Part shown: positions 23,130 to 32,000 of the stretch, piece by piece
Numbering within the stretch: the stretch's first letter is position 1
How the letters are laid out: each line of letters begins with the position of its first letter
Assembly: GCF_034931425.1 (NCBI RefSeq)
Contig: NZ_JAYGHQ010000019.1
Coordinates: 54,216-86,215, forward strand
Origin: Crocosphaera sp. XPORK-15E
GTDB lineage: Bacteria > Cyanobacteriota > Cyanobacteriia > Cyanobacteriales > Microcystaceae
Direction of reading: 5' to 3'
DNA length: 32,000 nucleotides
Translations under genes and position numbers: made by a program
The notes under the pieces: model-generated
What the model saw: only the letters and a program-made list of their open reading frames with translations
What the model was told of the DNA's origin: nothing
The model's database searches: none

Positions 23130-23381
23130 TCAAACTTCCTCATACTTCACTAATGCTTGAAATTGAACCTTAAACGATTTAGGTAACAAGGGAATCAGCA
23201 AAGCAAAATTTTCAGGATTAATCGTTTTTACCCCTAATAACTCAACGCCTACTATCTTGTTATCTTCATCATAATCAATAATAATTCCTTCAGCAATTTC
23301 TTCGGAATCTAAAACAGTTTTATTCTCAATACGAAAATAGGCTGCATCAACTTCTTGATCATAATTAACATCAAAAATCAT
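23130..23381 (-). CDS. DUF2283-family small protein
   Basis: 83 aa. YDQEVDAAYFRI...IIIDYDEDNKIVGVELLG pattern. Confidence 0.7.
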   Translation of the reverse strand: MIFDVNYDQEVDAAYFRIENKTVLDSEEIAEGIIIDYDEDNKIVGVELLGVKTINPENFALLIPLLPKSFKVQFQALVKYEEV

Positions 23382-23445
23382 AAAAATATGGTGACGACTT
23401 TTACATCAGAAGGGGACTTAAACAAATTTTAAGCCCCCTTCCCCC

Positions 23446-24876
23446 TTAAACAGCTACATCAGCCCGTTTATAAGCCTCATCTAACACTTCTGAAAGAGTA
23501 GGATGAGTGTGGATATTAAAGGCTAAATTCTGCACACTTTGACGTTGGGCGATCGCATTAGCGGCTTCTTGTATCAAGTCTGAGGCATGGATGCCAATAA
23601 TATGCACCCCTAAGACTTCGCCGTTATCTTTGCGGTATACCACCTTAGCAATGCCATCGGTTTCCCCTTCTGCAAGGGCTTTAGAATTGCCTTTAAAGTA
23701 AGTTTTGACGCTTGAAACCTCAAACCCCTCATTTTCCCCTAATTCGATGGCTGCGGGTTCGGTTAACCCCACATAACTAATTTCAGGATGAGTAAAGGCA
23801 GCAGCCGGAATACTGCGATAGTCCATGGTTTTCTCCCGTCCACAAATATTCTCAACGGCGATCACTCCTTGGCCTGATGCAGCATGGGCTAACATCATTT
23901 TACCTGTTGCATCTCCAACTGCCCAAAGATGGGGGACGATTTGACCATCCCGTAATACTTCCATTTTGTCATTGACCGGGATAAAACCGCGATTGGTTTC
24001 AACTCCAATGTTTTCTAAGCCTAAATTTTTCGTGGCAGGAATGCGCCCCGTAGCTACTAAACAAGCGTCTACTTCTAAGACATTGATCACTTCTTTAGTT
24101 TTGGCATCGGTTAATTCAATAGTAACAGGTGCGCCTGGGGTTATTTTTGTCGCAAAAACACCGGAATAGGTTTCAATATCACGGGTTTTAATTAACACTC
24201 GTTCAGCAATTTTAGAAATTTCGGGATCAAATCCTGGCATTAAGGTATCTAAGGCTTCAATCATAGTAACTTCACACCCTAATGCGGTATAAATGTCAGA
24301 AAATTCTAGCCCAATGTAACCACTACCAATAATAGCAATCCATTGGGGTAAGGTTTCTAATTTTACGGCTTCGTCACTGGTAAAGACTGTTTTATGATCA
24401 ATTTCAACACCGCGAGGCACAAAAGGCACTGATCCCGGACAAAGCATAACATCTTTGGCGGTGATAATTTTTTCCCCATTATCAGTTAAGACGCTGACTT
24501 TTTGGCTATCGATCACTTTTCCCCAACCGTGAATAGTTTCTACCTTGAGACGTTTTAAACTATTGGTGAGATCACCGCGAATTTTATTAACTAAATTGGT
24601 AGCATGATCTGCGATCGCTTCTCGTTGAAATTGCACCCCGCCGATGGAAATGCCTAAACTGTTAAGATGGTGAGCATCTTCTAATTCTCTGACTCTTCCT
24701 GATGCTGCTAATAAGGCTTTTGAGGGAATACAACCACGGTTAACACAAGTTCCCCCCATATCTTTTGCTTCGATGATCGCGGTTTTCAGTCCACATTTTA
24801 CCGCGTGTAAAGCCGCACCATGGCCCCCGACTCCTGCACCGATAATGATTAAATCATAATCAAATTGATCACTCAT
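23446..24876 (-). CDS. lpdA: Dihydrolipoyl dehydrogenase (E3)
   Basis: FAD motif [13 protein letters not shown], redox-active disulfide [16 protein letters not shown] motif [11 protein letters not shown], and C-terminal HTHPTLSE. Confidence 0.96.
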   Translation of the reverse strand: MSDQFDYDLIIIGAGVGGHGAALHAVKCGLKTAIIEAKDMGGTCVNRGCIPSKALLAASGRVRELEDAHHLNSLGISIGGVQFQREAIADHATNLVNKIRGDLTNSLKRLKVETIHGWGKVIDSQKVSVLTDNGEKIITAKDVMLCPGSVPFVPRGVEIDHKTVFTSDEAVKLETLPQWIAIIGSGYIGLEFSDIYTALGCEVTMIEALDTLMPGFDPEISKIAERVLIKTRDIETYSGVFATKITPGAPVTIELTDAKTKEVINVLEVDACLVATGRIPATKNLGLENIGVETNRGFIPVNDKMEVLRDGQIVPHLWAVGDATGKMMLAHAASGQGVIAVENICGREKTMDYRSIPAAAFTHPEISYVGLTEPAAIELGENEGFEVSSVKTYFKGNSKALAEGETDGIAKVVYRKDNGEVLGVHIIGIHASDLIQEAANAIAQRQSVQNLAFNIHTHPTLSEVLDEAYKRADVAV

Positions 24877-24992
24877 TAGACTTTTTCCTTCACTTCTTGA
24901 TAATTCTTTCCCATCGTAAAAATTTTACTCTAAAAGTAAACCAATTGTTAAAATATTTTCAATTTAACAGAACTGACTTACCGCCCCTCTCA

Positions 24993-25020
24993 GTAGAGGT
25001 AATTCATGAATTACCCCTAC
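24993..25020. repeat. 28-nt near-perfect palindrome GTAGAGGTAATTCATGAATTACCCCTAC, 18 nt 3' of the 25038-25601 gene
   Basis: One mismatch from self-complementarity. It shares the AATTCATGAATT core with 4835-4862. Confidence 0.8.
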
Positions 25021-25037
25021 TTATCAACAATTAATTA

Positions 25038-25601
25038 TTAACTAATTTGACAAACAATGGGCGTTTCTGCTGCATCAAGTTCTTGACAAATAAACTTTTT
25101 CAGGACTTGAAGTACAATTAAACCGCCATCTTTTAACCATTGGGGTGCGTTTTCTTCCATTTCTACCCGATAAACACAATCTGCCCTAATTGTCCATTGA
25201 GCAATTTTTTCTGCCTTTTCAGCTTCAATGCCTCGATAAATTAGTTGATTTTTCAGCCATTCTCGACTATTCCTTGTCAGGAAAATTACTCGAATTGAAC
25301 AATGTTTAACATATTTTTCTTGTGGAGTACCAAAGGATAATATGCCCACTAAAAGATATAAAAATTCACGGGAAATAAAATCCAAGTCTTTCTTTTGTAA
25401 TGCCAAGGTAAAATCAGTCATGGAAATGTCACAACTTCCCTCACGACAACGGGCATTTACATTAGTATCAATGACTTGAATAGCTTGCTCAATTAGATCT
25501 TTTACATCTTCATAAGTAGGGGGTAATTCATCAGAAAATGTAAAGGTATTTTTTAATACTTGAGCAATGACATCTCTCGGCAGTTCAACAAAACTTATCA
25601 T
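25038..25601 (-). CDS. Hypothetical protein
   Basis: 187-aa ORF with no motif I recognise. It has coding-like composition and no competing ORF. Confidence 0.55.
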   Translation of the reverse strand: MISFVELPRDVIAQVLKNTFTFSDELPPTYEDVKDLIEQAIQVIDTNVNARCREGSCDISMTDFTLALQKKDLDFISREFLYLLVGILSFGTPQEKYVKHCSIRVIFLTRNSREWLKNQLIYRGIEAEKAEKIAQWTIRADCVYRVEMEENAPQWLKDGGLIVLQVLKKFICQELDAAETPIVCQIS

Positions 25602-25964
25602 AATAGTTGACCCAATTCTTTTTGATTTTATTCTGATTTCTTTTCAGTTTATCTATTTTGTCTTTAAGCTTACTTGATAACTTCATTATAGCAATTTATT
25701 TAGGTCTTGTCATCTTTCTGAGGTGGTTCACCTTTTTGATAGCACATTTTATGATTTTTTGAATCCTTCAATAAGTTGATTTTCCTGGACTATCATAAAT
25801 AATTTTAAAGTTTATTATCAGATATGTTACATATTTTATGATAGAATCTCCCAGGTGCTAAAAATAGCTAAAAAAATATTTTCCTCAAACTTTCTGTTAC
25901 TCTTGTTACACTTTTGCTCTAAAATGAAAAAGTATAAGTAAATTTCAATCAGGCAGAACAAACT

Positions 25965-26972
25965 ATGTTAACTCAACTCTCCAAAGGACAATTAGAAATA
26001 ACCTATTTAGCAACCCTTGAAACCCTAAATAACACAGAAAATCAAGAAGATAAAGAGGTCAAGAATGGGTTAAATGAATACAAAAAAACTTTACCATCAA
26101 AATACTTCTATGATGCTCGTGGTTCAGAATTATTTGAGCAGATTTGTGAGTTACCAGAATATTATCCAACCCGCACAGAAGCTTCTATTTTGCAACAATA
26201 TGCGAAGGAAATTTCTGAGATTACAGGAGCTTGTGAATTAGTAGAATTAGGCAGTGGTAGTTCGACCAAAACGCGGCTTTTATTAGATGCCTATCAAACT
26301 AAAGAAGAACTCTGTAAATATGTGCCAATTGATGTTAGTGAAAGCATTTTAAAAGACAGTGCTATACAACTACAAAAAGATTATCCTAGTTTACAAATTC
26401 AAGGGTTAGTTGGCACTTATAATCAGGCTTTAACCCAATTAAAAGCGACTTCTTTACCAGCGCGAATGATTTTTTTCTTGGGAAGTTCTATCGGTAATTT
26501 TAGTCCTTATGACTGCGATATCTTCTTAAATAAAATCACAGAAGTTTTAGAAATAGGGGACTATTTTTTATTGGGAATTGATTTACAGAAACCTCAATCA
26601 ATTTTAGAAGCTGCTTATAATGATAGTCAAGGAGTAACCGCAGCATTTAACTTAAATATGCTCTCTCATTTAAACAAAAAATATCAGGGTAATTTTGATC
26701 TCAATTTATTTGCTCATCAAGCAATTTATAATACAGAAAAAAATCAAATTGAGATGTATTTAATTTCTCAACAAATACAAGTTGTCAATTTGAAAAATCT
26801 GGACTTAACAGTTAAACTAGAAAAAAATGAAATGATTTTGACTGAGATTTCCCGTAAATTTAATGTAGATCAAGTCAAAAAAGAGCTTGAAACTAAAGGA
26901 CTAAAAACAATTAAAATCTTTACTGATCCTCAAAATTGGTTTGGTTTAATTCTCTGTCAAGTAATAGAATAA
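25965..26972 (+). CDS. egtD: L-histidine N-alpha-methyltransferase (ergothioneine biosynthesis, EgtD family)
   Basis: 335 aa. LPSKYFYDARGSELFEQICELPEYYPTRTEASIL, SAM motif LVELGSGSSTKT, and FLGSSIGNF. Confidence 0.88.
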   Translation: MLTQLSKGQLEITYLATLETLNNTENQEDKEVKNGLNEYKKTLPSKYFYDARGSELFEQICELPEYYPTRTEASILQQYAKEISEITGACELVELGSGSSTKTRLLLDAYQTKEELCKYVPIDVSESILKDSAIQLQKDYPSLQIQGLVGTYNQALTQLKATSLPARMIFFLGSSIGNFSPYDCDIFLNKITEVLEIGDYFLLGIDLQKPQSILEAAYNDSQGVTAAFNLNMLSHLNKKYQGNFDLNLFAHQAIYNTEKNQIEMYLISQQIQVVNLKNLDLTVKLEKNEMILTEISRKFNVDQVKKELETKGLKTIKIFTDPQNWFGLILCQVIE

Positions 26973-26976
26973 AGTT

Positions 26977-26995
26977 GGGTGGGCATTGCCCACCC
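26977..26995. repeat. Palindromic element GGGTGGGCA-T-TGCCCACCC between egtD and egtB
   Basis: Read directly. It begins 5 nt after the egtD stop. The ORF-track GTG start of the next gene (26979) lies inside it. Confidence 0.8.
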
Positions 26996-27026
26996 ATTGA
27001 AATCAATCAATATTGTTACTAAATTT

Positions 27027-28388
27027 ATGCAAGGAAAAACAATGAATAATCTCAAATCTAACTTACCTTTTTTTCTGAATGATTGTTCTCAAAAAACAAT
27101 TCTTACTTACTTTCAAAATACTTGGCAATTAGAAGATATTCTGCTAAAAAGTATTCAAAATGAAGAAACTTTTTATATTAATCCCGATCCATTAAGAAAT
27201 CCATTAATTTTTTATTTAGGTCATTCTGCGGTTTTTTATATTAACAAATTAATCAGTGTTGGGTTACTAAAAAAACGTCTTAACCCTAACTATGAAATAC
27301 TCTTTGAATTAGGAGTTGATCCAGACAATGCGGAACAACTTAATGCAGCGATCGCACACATTAATTGGCCCAAAGTAGAGGCAGTCTGGGACTATCGTAA
27401 TCAAGCTTATAATACCATTATAGAAGTCATTAAAAACACAGCCATAAGCCTTCCTATTCACCAAAATCATCCCCTTTGGGGACTCATGATGGGAATGGAA
27501 CATCAACGCATTCATTTTGAAACATCTTCTATGTTAATTCGACAATTTCCTGTCGAAAAATTGAAACGCCCTCAAGGTTGGCAATATGCACCTTCTCAGG
27601 GAATTCCTAATCATAATAAGATGATTTTAGTGCAAGGTGGCACTGTTAAACTAGGTAAATCAGAAGATTTTCCTCTCTTTGGTTGGGATAGTGAATATGG
27701 CGATCGCTTAGTTAATGTTGAGTCATTTTTTGCCAGTCAATCTCTCATTACTAATGCAGAATTTAGAGAATTTGTCAATAGTAATGGTTACGAAAATCAA
27801 GAATATTGGGATGATAAATCTTGGCAATGGAAACAAGAAAATAATGTCAAACATCCCAAGTTTTGGCACATTGAAAACGGTAATTATCAATATAGAGCAA
27901 TGTTTGATAATCTAGAATTACCCTTAGATTGGCCCGTAGAAGTCAATTATTATGAAGCGATGGCCTATTGTCGCTGGAAGGGGCCAGAAACACGCTTAAT
28001 GAGTGAAGCAGAGTGGAATTTAGCCACATATAAATCAATCGAAAATCAGACCCCTTTAGAGATAGAAAACATCCACAATTATAATCTTAATTTAAAATTC
28101 GGTTCACCCAGTCCTGTCGGGTTATTAAAAACAGCAGAAAGTGCCTCTGGACTTTGGGATTTACGGGGCAATGTTTGGGAATGGTTAGAGGAGACTTTTA
28201 ACCCATTACCAGGGTTTAAACCGCACTTTTTATATGAAGATAATGCCGCCCCATTTTTTGATAATAACCATAAAATGATGTTAGGAGGAGCTTGGGTAAC
28301 ACAGGGAACAGAAGCCTTAAGATTTTATCGTAATTGGTTCCGTCCTAATTTTTATCAACACGCAGGGTTTAGAATTGTGCAAAATTAG
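27027..28388 (+). CDS. egtB: Sulfoxide synthase of the EgtB/OvoA family (DinB_2 + FGE-sulfatase-like domains, no methyltransferase domain)
   Basis: DinB-like N-domain (FYLGHSAVFYINKL, MGMEHQRIHFETS) and FGE-like C-domain (YYEAMAYCRWKG, GNVWEWLEE, GGAWVT, RNWFRPNFYQHAGFRIV). The start is more likely ATG 27027 or 27042 than GTG 26979, which lies within the palindrome. Confidence 0.85.
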   Translation: MQGKTMNNLKSNLPFFLNDCSQKTILTYFQNTWQLEDILLKSIQNEETFYINPDPLRNPLIFYLGHSAVFYINKLISVGLLKKRLNPNYEILFELGVDPDNAEQLNAAIAHINWPKVEAVWDYRNQAYNTIIEVIKNTAISLPIHQNHPLWGLMMGMEHQRIHFETSSMLIRQFPVEKLKRPQGWQYAPSQGIPNHNKMILVQGGTVKLGKSEDFPLFGWDSEYGDRLVNVESFFASQSLITNAEFREFVNSNGYENQEYWDDKSWQWKQENNVKHPKFWHIENGNYQYRAMFDNLELPLDWPVEVNYYEAMAYCRWKGPETRLMSEAEWNLATYKSIENQTPLEIENIHNYNLNLKFGSPSPVGLLKTAESASGLWDLRGNVWEWLEETFNPLPGFKPHFLYEDNAAPFFDNNHKMMLGGAWVTQGTEALRFYRNWFRPNFYQHAGFRIVQN

Positions 28389-28396
28389 GCCATCCT

Positions 28397-28548
28397 GTAG
28401 GTTGGGTTAAGGCGTTGTCCTGTATACTTCGACAAGCTCAGTACAAGTCTCGACACCGCGGCAATTGAGCGACTTGTACTGAGCGCAGTCGAAGTAAGTC
28501 GAAATTCGATAACCGCGGTAGTCGAAGGACACGAAACCCAACCTTATC
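28397..28548. mobile_element. MITE-like structured non-coding element
   Basis: Terminal inverted repeats AGGTTGGGTT (28399-28408) and AACCCAACCT (28535-28544). Internal long hairpin 28427-28494 with a perfect 14-bp stem (GCTCAGTACAAGTC 28436-28449 / GACTTGTACTGAGC 28471-28484) plus CTTCGAC/GTCGAAG. ACCGCGG occurs twice. Confidence 0.55.
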
Positions 28549-28558
28549 AAGCTTATTA

Positions 28559-28626
28559 AGGGCGTATGCCATACACCCCTACAAAAACGGAATTTATACC
28601 ACTGTAGGGGCGCAATGCTTGCGCCC
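28559..28626. repeat. Two further CCCTAC-type palindromic elements (GGGCGTATGCCATACACCCCTAC and GTAGGGGCGCAATGCTTGCGCCC)
   Basis: Read directly. They lie between the MITE-like element and the 3' end of the ABC-F gene. Confidence 0.65.
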
Positions 28627-28673
28627 ACAATGTAACATATACGAACTTTTTCCCCATGATGTCGGGAGAGCCA

Positions 28674-30377
28674 TTAGGCTTTTTTACTTTTCTTTGCCTT
28701 TTCTTTAGCTCGTTTTGCCTCAGCTTTAGCCTCTTTTTCAGCTATTAATCTCTCCTGTTGAGCTTTTTGTTTTTCTTCCTCTAATTTTTCGAGATAATAA
28801 TGATAATTACCCGGATAAACTATCAATTCACCGTCTCGAATTTCCACAATTTTATTAGCGACTTGAGAGATGAAATAACGATCATGAGACACAAATAAAA
28901 CTGTACCATCATATTTTGATAACGCTTGTTCTAGCATCTCTTTCGCTGGAATATCAAGATGGTTTGTCGGCTCATCCAGAATCAATAAGTTAGCGGGTTC
29001 AAGTAACATTTTAACCAAAGCAAGGCGGGCTTTTTCCCCTCCGCTTAACCCTTCAACTTTTTTGAAAACCGTATCACCACTAAACAGAAATTGACCTAAT
29101 AATGACCTGACTTCAACATTTTTCCAGTCGGGAACTTCATCATGAATGGTGTCAATAACGGTTTTTGATAAGTCTAAAGCTTCTGCTTGGTTTTGTTCAA
29201 AATAACCAGGTATAACATTATGTTTACCGAATTCAACTGTTCCTTCCGTTGGTTTTTCTGTCCCCATAATTAAACGGAGTAAGGTCGATTTTCCGGCCCC
29301 ATTTGGCCCTAATAAAGCAATGCGATCGCCCTTTTCAATTAATAAATTAGCTCCTAAAAATAGGATAGCCTCATTATAAATATGAACTAAATTTTTAATA
29401 ATTGCTACCTCTCGGCCACTTTTTGGAGCAGGAGGAAACTCAAATCTGAGGGTTCTGGGGCCGGAAATTGGAGCCTCGACAAGTTCGATTTTTTCTAATT
29501 GTTTCTCGCGGCTTTTTGCCTGGGTACTACGGGTAGCACTGGCACGGAAACGATCAACAAAGGTTTGTTGTTTTTCTAGTTCTTTCTGTTGCCTTTGATA
29601 AGTATTTTCTTGAATCTCACGACTTAGCTCTTTTTGTTGTAGGTAATCTGAATAATTACCGATGTAGGTAGTCGAAACTCCTCGCTCAGTTTCAATTATT
29701 TTGGTACAAATGCGATCCAAAAATTCCCGTTCATGAGAGACAATAATCATCGGAATATTGAGATCTTTGAGATACTTTTCTAACCACTCAACTGTTTCTA
29801 AATCAAGATGGTTTGTCGGTTCATCCAATAGTAACAAATCAGGCTCTTGTAGGAGAATTTTTCCCAAACTCATCCGCATTTGCCAACCGCCACTAAACTC
29901 ACTGACAAAACGTTCTCCATCTTCAAGTTTAAAGCCCATGTCGGGTAACATTTTCCCGATAATTGCATCAAGTCCATAACCATCTAAGGCTTCAAATTCT
30001 CGTTGAAAGCGGTCTAATTTCTTAATTAACTTATCTAATTCATCCCCTTCGGCTGTTTCAAGTAAATGGTGTACTTTGGTTAATTCATCTTGTACTTGAT
30101 TCGCTTGGGTAAATACCGTCCAAAACTCTTGGGTAACGGTGCGAGTTGGCTCAACTTCAAATTCTTGGGTGAGATAACCAATTTGTAAACTAGCGGGCCG
30201 GATAATTTGTCCTGATGTGGGTTCGACATCCCCTTTAATAATTTTCAGTTGGGTCGATTTTCCGGCCCCATTGGCTCCTACTAATCCAATGCGCTCTCCT
30301 GGGTTGACTTCCCATGAGACATTTTTGAGAACTTCGGCTGTCGGGTAGATTTTACTGATGTTTTCCAGTCGTAGCAT
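28674..30377 (-). CDS. ABC-F family ATPase (two ABC domains, no TM) with a Lys-rich C-terminal tail
   Basis: Two Walker A motifs (GANGAGKST, GPNGAGKST), two signatures (FSGGWQMR, LSGGEKAR), two Walker B motifs (LLLLDEPTNHLD, LLILDEPTNHLD), an inter-domain linker, and a C-terminal KEAKAEAKRAKEKAKKSKK. Confidence 0.93.
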   Translation of the reverse strand: MLRLENISKIYPTAEVLKNVSWEVNPGERIGLVGANGAGKSTQLKIIKGDVEPTSGQIIRPASLQIGYLTQEFEVEPTRTVTQEFWTVFTQANQVQDELTKVHHLLETAEGDELDKLIKKLDRFQREFEALDGYGLDAIIGKMLPDMGFKLEDGERFVSEFSGGWQMRMSLGKILLQEPDLLLLDEPTNHLDLETVEWLEKYLKDLNIPMIIVSHEREFLDRICTKIIETERGVSTTYIGNYSDYLQQKELSREIQENTYQRQQKELEKQQTFVDRFRASATRSTQAKSREKQLEKIELVEAPISGPRTLRFEFPPAPKSGREVAIIKNLVHIYNEAILFLGANLLIEKGDRIALLGPNGAGKSTLLRLIMGTEKPTEGTVEFGKHNVIPGYFEQNQAEALDLSKTVIDTIHDEVPDWKNVEVRSLLGQFLFSGDTVFKKVEGLSGGEKARLALVKMLLEPANLLILDEPTNHLDIPAKEMLEQALSKYDGTVLFVSHDRYFISQVANKIVEIRDGELIVYPGNYHYYLEKLEEEKQKAQQERLIAEKEAKAEAKRAKEKAKKSKKA

Positions 30378-30418
30378 TGAATTTATTGTATGAGTCTGTT
30401 TATATGACTATATCCGAA

Positions 30419-31018
30419 TTACTTTGTTCGAGCAATAGGGGTGGCTTTAATCGTTAGTTTACTGCCTGATTCCGCGATGTCAATTTGATCGATAATGTAT
30501 ATCATGTCCTGAGATTGATTGATTAAATTTTGCCATTTTTCATCGCTTAAAATATCTTGCAGGTTTAATGAGGCTGTTTTGGCTCCTGGAGTTAATCTCA
30601 AGGCAGTTAAGGGAATATCTAACCAGGTTTGTTGTCCTTCTGTGGGGCGAGCTTTTTCGGGAAATTTTCGACAATTAGACTCCCTTTCTGTGCAGATTAC
30701 ATTATTATTCATCGGAATTAAAACTCCTGATTGAAATTTGATAGTTTTAATTTCTGAGAGAGGAATTCCTTTGATATAACCACTAAAGGCAATAATCAAA
30801 GTTTTTTCATTCAAATTAATAAAATCTCCTGATGTCATTCTCCCTGAATTAAGAGAAACTAAGGTAAAGTCAGGTAGGGCGATTTGAATAGTATCTTTAA
30901 CATTTTTGCTGGCTTGTTTCTGATTAATTACCGAATTTGGCTCGATTTGCTTGGCTAAATTAATTGTAGGAATGCTGATAATTCCGAACAAAATTAAACT
31001 AGCAATAAATTGTTTCAT
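30419..31018 (-). CDS. Secreted hypothetical protein
   Basis: 199 aa with an N-terminal signal peptide (MKQFIASLILFGIISIPTINLA). No recognisable domain. Confidence 0.6.
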   Translation of the reverse strand: MKQFIASLILFGIISIPTINLAKQIEPNSVINQKQASKNVKDTIQIALPDFTLVSLNSGRMTSGDFINLNEKTLIIAFSGYIKGIPLSEIKTIKFQSGVLIPMNNNVICTERESNCRKFPEKARPTEGQQTWLDIPLTALRLTPGAKTASLNLQDILSDEKWQNLINQSQDMIYIIDQIDIAESGSKLTIKATPIARTK

Positions 31019-31195
31019 AGTTTAACTCAGGCAATTTCTGAGGGAAATTACGGGGATTTGTTATTTCTATTGTAGTCATTCACAGCCCCAAAAACAGTAA
31101 CCAAGATATCAAATCATAATTGTGGCATTGACTGTTACTTTTTCTGTGTTTTGAGGAACACTAAGGATAAGAGTGGCTTTTAGGTTCTAAAAATT

Positions 31196-31885
31196 GTGAG
31201 TAGCACGTTTAAACTCTTGAGACTGAAGATATCAGACTTTCCCTGGTTAGGCGATCGCTCCCTGATAGATAACACTGTTCATAATTCTGTTTACAATAAG
31301 ACAAAACGCCTGATTGACATTATTGGGGCAATTATTGGACTGATCTTAACAGCAATTTTAGCAATTCCCATCTTTATTGCTATTCAAATTGATGATCCTG
31401 GCCCAATTTTATACCGTCAAACTCGTTGCGGTTTACGGGGAAAAACGTTCAAGATTTGGAAATTTAGGTCTATGGTGATTGATGCTGAAAAGCAAAAATA
31501 TTTAGTGAAAAATGAAGTTGAAGGTCATATTTTTAAAAATAGTAATGATCCTCGTATTACTAAAATCGGCAAGTTTCTCCGTCGTAGTAGTTTAGATGAA
31601 TTTCCTCAATTTTGGAATGTTTTAACGGGAGAAATGAGTTTAGTGGGAACTCGTCCCCCAACTCCTGATGAAGTAGAAAAATATCAACCCTACCATTGGA
31701 AACGACTAGAAGTTAAACCAGGTTTAACAGGAGAATGGCAAGTTAATGGACGATCTAGGGTGACAAATTTTGAAGATGTGGTTAAGTTAGATCTAGACTA
31801 TCAACAGAAATGGTCAGTTTTGTATGATCTTAATTTAATCTTAAAAACGATTATTGTAGTTCTAAGTTGTCGGGGTGCTTGTTAG
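31196..31885 (+). CDS. Bacterial sugar transferase (polyprenyl-phosphate hexose-1-phosphate transferase, WbaP/EpsL C-domain family)
   Basis: 229 aa from a GTG start. One TM, then PGPILYRQTRCGLRGKTFKIWKFRSM, DEFPQFWNVLTGEMSLVGTRPP and KPGLTGEWQVNGRS. Confidence 0.9.
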   Translation: MSSTFKLLRLKISDFPWLGDRSLIDNTVHNSVYNKTKRLIDIIGAIIGLILTAILAIPIFIAIQIDDPGPILYRQTRCGLRGKTFKIWKFRSMVIDAEKQKYLVKNEVEGHIFKNSNDPRITKIGKFLRRSSLDEFPQFWNVLTGEMSLVGTRPPTPDEVEKYQPYHWKRLEVKPGLTGEWQVNGRSRVTNFEDVVKLDLDYQQKWSVLYDLNLILKTIIVVLSCRGAC

Positions 31886-31934
31886 TAATTAAATATTCTC
31901 TAGAGTTTTTCAGAAAATAATCCTCCGTTATTTC

Positions 31935-32000
31935 TCAATCATTCAGAGCAAACCAATTATCGTCTAAAATTTGTTCAATATTAGCGATAGGATAGACAGG
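31935..32000 (-). CDS. 3' end of an unidentified minus-strand gene entering from beyond the window
   Basis: Open frame from nt 32000 down to TGA (31937-31935): ..PVYPIANIEQILDDNWFALND*. Too short to assign. Confidence 0.3.
   Translation of the reverse strand, partial: PVYPIANIEQILDDNWFALND

Noticed and set aside
23382-23445. Imperfect hairpin (GGGGCTTAAA..TTTAAGTCCCC on the minus strand) after lpdA as an intrinsic terminator
   Set aside because: The stem has a bulge and no following U-tract. It is plausible but too weak to list as a feature.
25602-25964. 363-nt AT-rich divergent intergenic region with a twice-occurring ATTTTATGAT motif (around 25748 and 25832), considered as an operator or riboswitch
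   Set aside because: The motif is short and AT-rich, so chance recurrence is likely in this composition. I could identify no conserved riboswitch-like structure by eye.
28407-28628. 73-aa minus-strand ORF between egtB and the ABC-F gene
   Set aside because: It lies entirely within nested inverted repeats and palindromic elements. The composition (C/R/Y-rich) is typical of translated repeat DNA.

Overview
The window is a cyanobacterial chromosome segment. It is AT-rich and carries many HIP1 octamers (GCGATCGC, e.g. 145-152, 5759-5766, and one in each TPR repeat unit). Housekeeping genes are interrupted by accessory blocks.

(1) 1-4440: a type I peptide-export / bacteriocin-like cluster. It holds the 3' end of an ABC exporter, HlyD, a parvulin-like PPIase, a secreted protein, and a convergent glycine-rich peptide with a textbook double-glycine leader.

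(2) 4888-7371: a conserved dnaJ / tusA-like / rsgA operon on the minus strand.

(3) 7372-13273: an accessory island of about 5.9 kb wedged between dnaJ and dnaX, entirely on the plus strand. It starts with a tight four-gene operon: a 156-aa helical protein, an MNT nucleotidyltransferase, a HEPN (DUF86) protein, and an 841-aa NB-ARC/TPR STAND (NLR-like) ATPase. An array of five toxin-antitoxin cassettes follows: hicAB, an antitoxin with a frameshifted relE/parE, an antitoxin with an intact relE/parE, and a hicB/hicA remnant. The cassettes are separated by copies of one short hairpin element.

The most interesting signal is a short Q/G/N-rich motif. It occurs twice at the C-terminus of the 156-aa protein and once at the extreme N-terminus of the NLR-like ATPase. 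This is the layout of amyloid-templated NLR/effector signalling pairs (fungal HET-S/NWD2, bacterial Bell/BASS). Here the pair is split by an MNT-HEPN module. The NLR's TPR array contains 126-bp units that are up to 100% identical.

(4) 13274-32000: dnaX (with an A9 slippery tract), a phytochrome-like histidine kinase / Rcp-like REC / REC-PAS-GAF-GGDEF operon, nadA, a proline-rich conserved protein, small DUF remnants, lpdA, an egtD-egtB(OvoA-like) ergothioneine pair, an ABC-F ATPase, a secreted protein and a sugar phosphotransferase.

A family of short perfect palindromes bracketed by GTAGGG...CCCTAC sits just 3' of many genes. A larger structured MITE-like element lies at 28397-28548. I found no rRNA, tRNA or CRISPR array. 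All homology calls are by eye from motifs; no searches were run.
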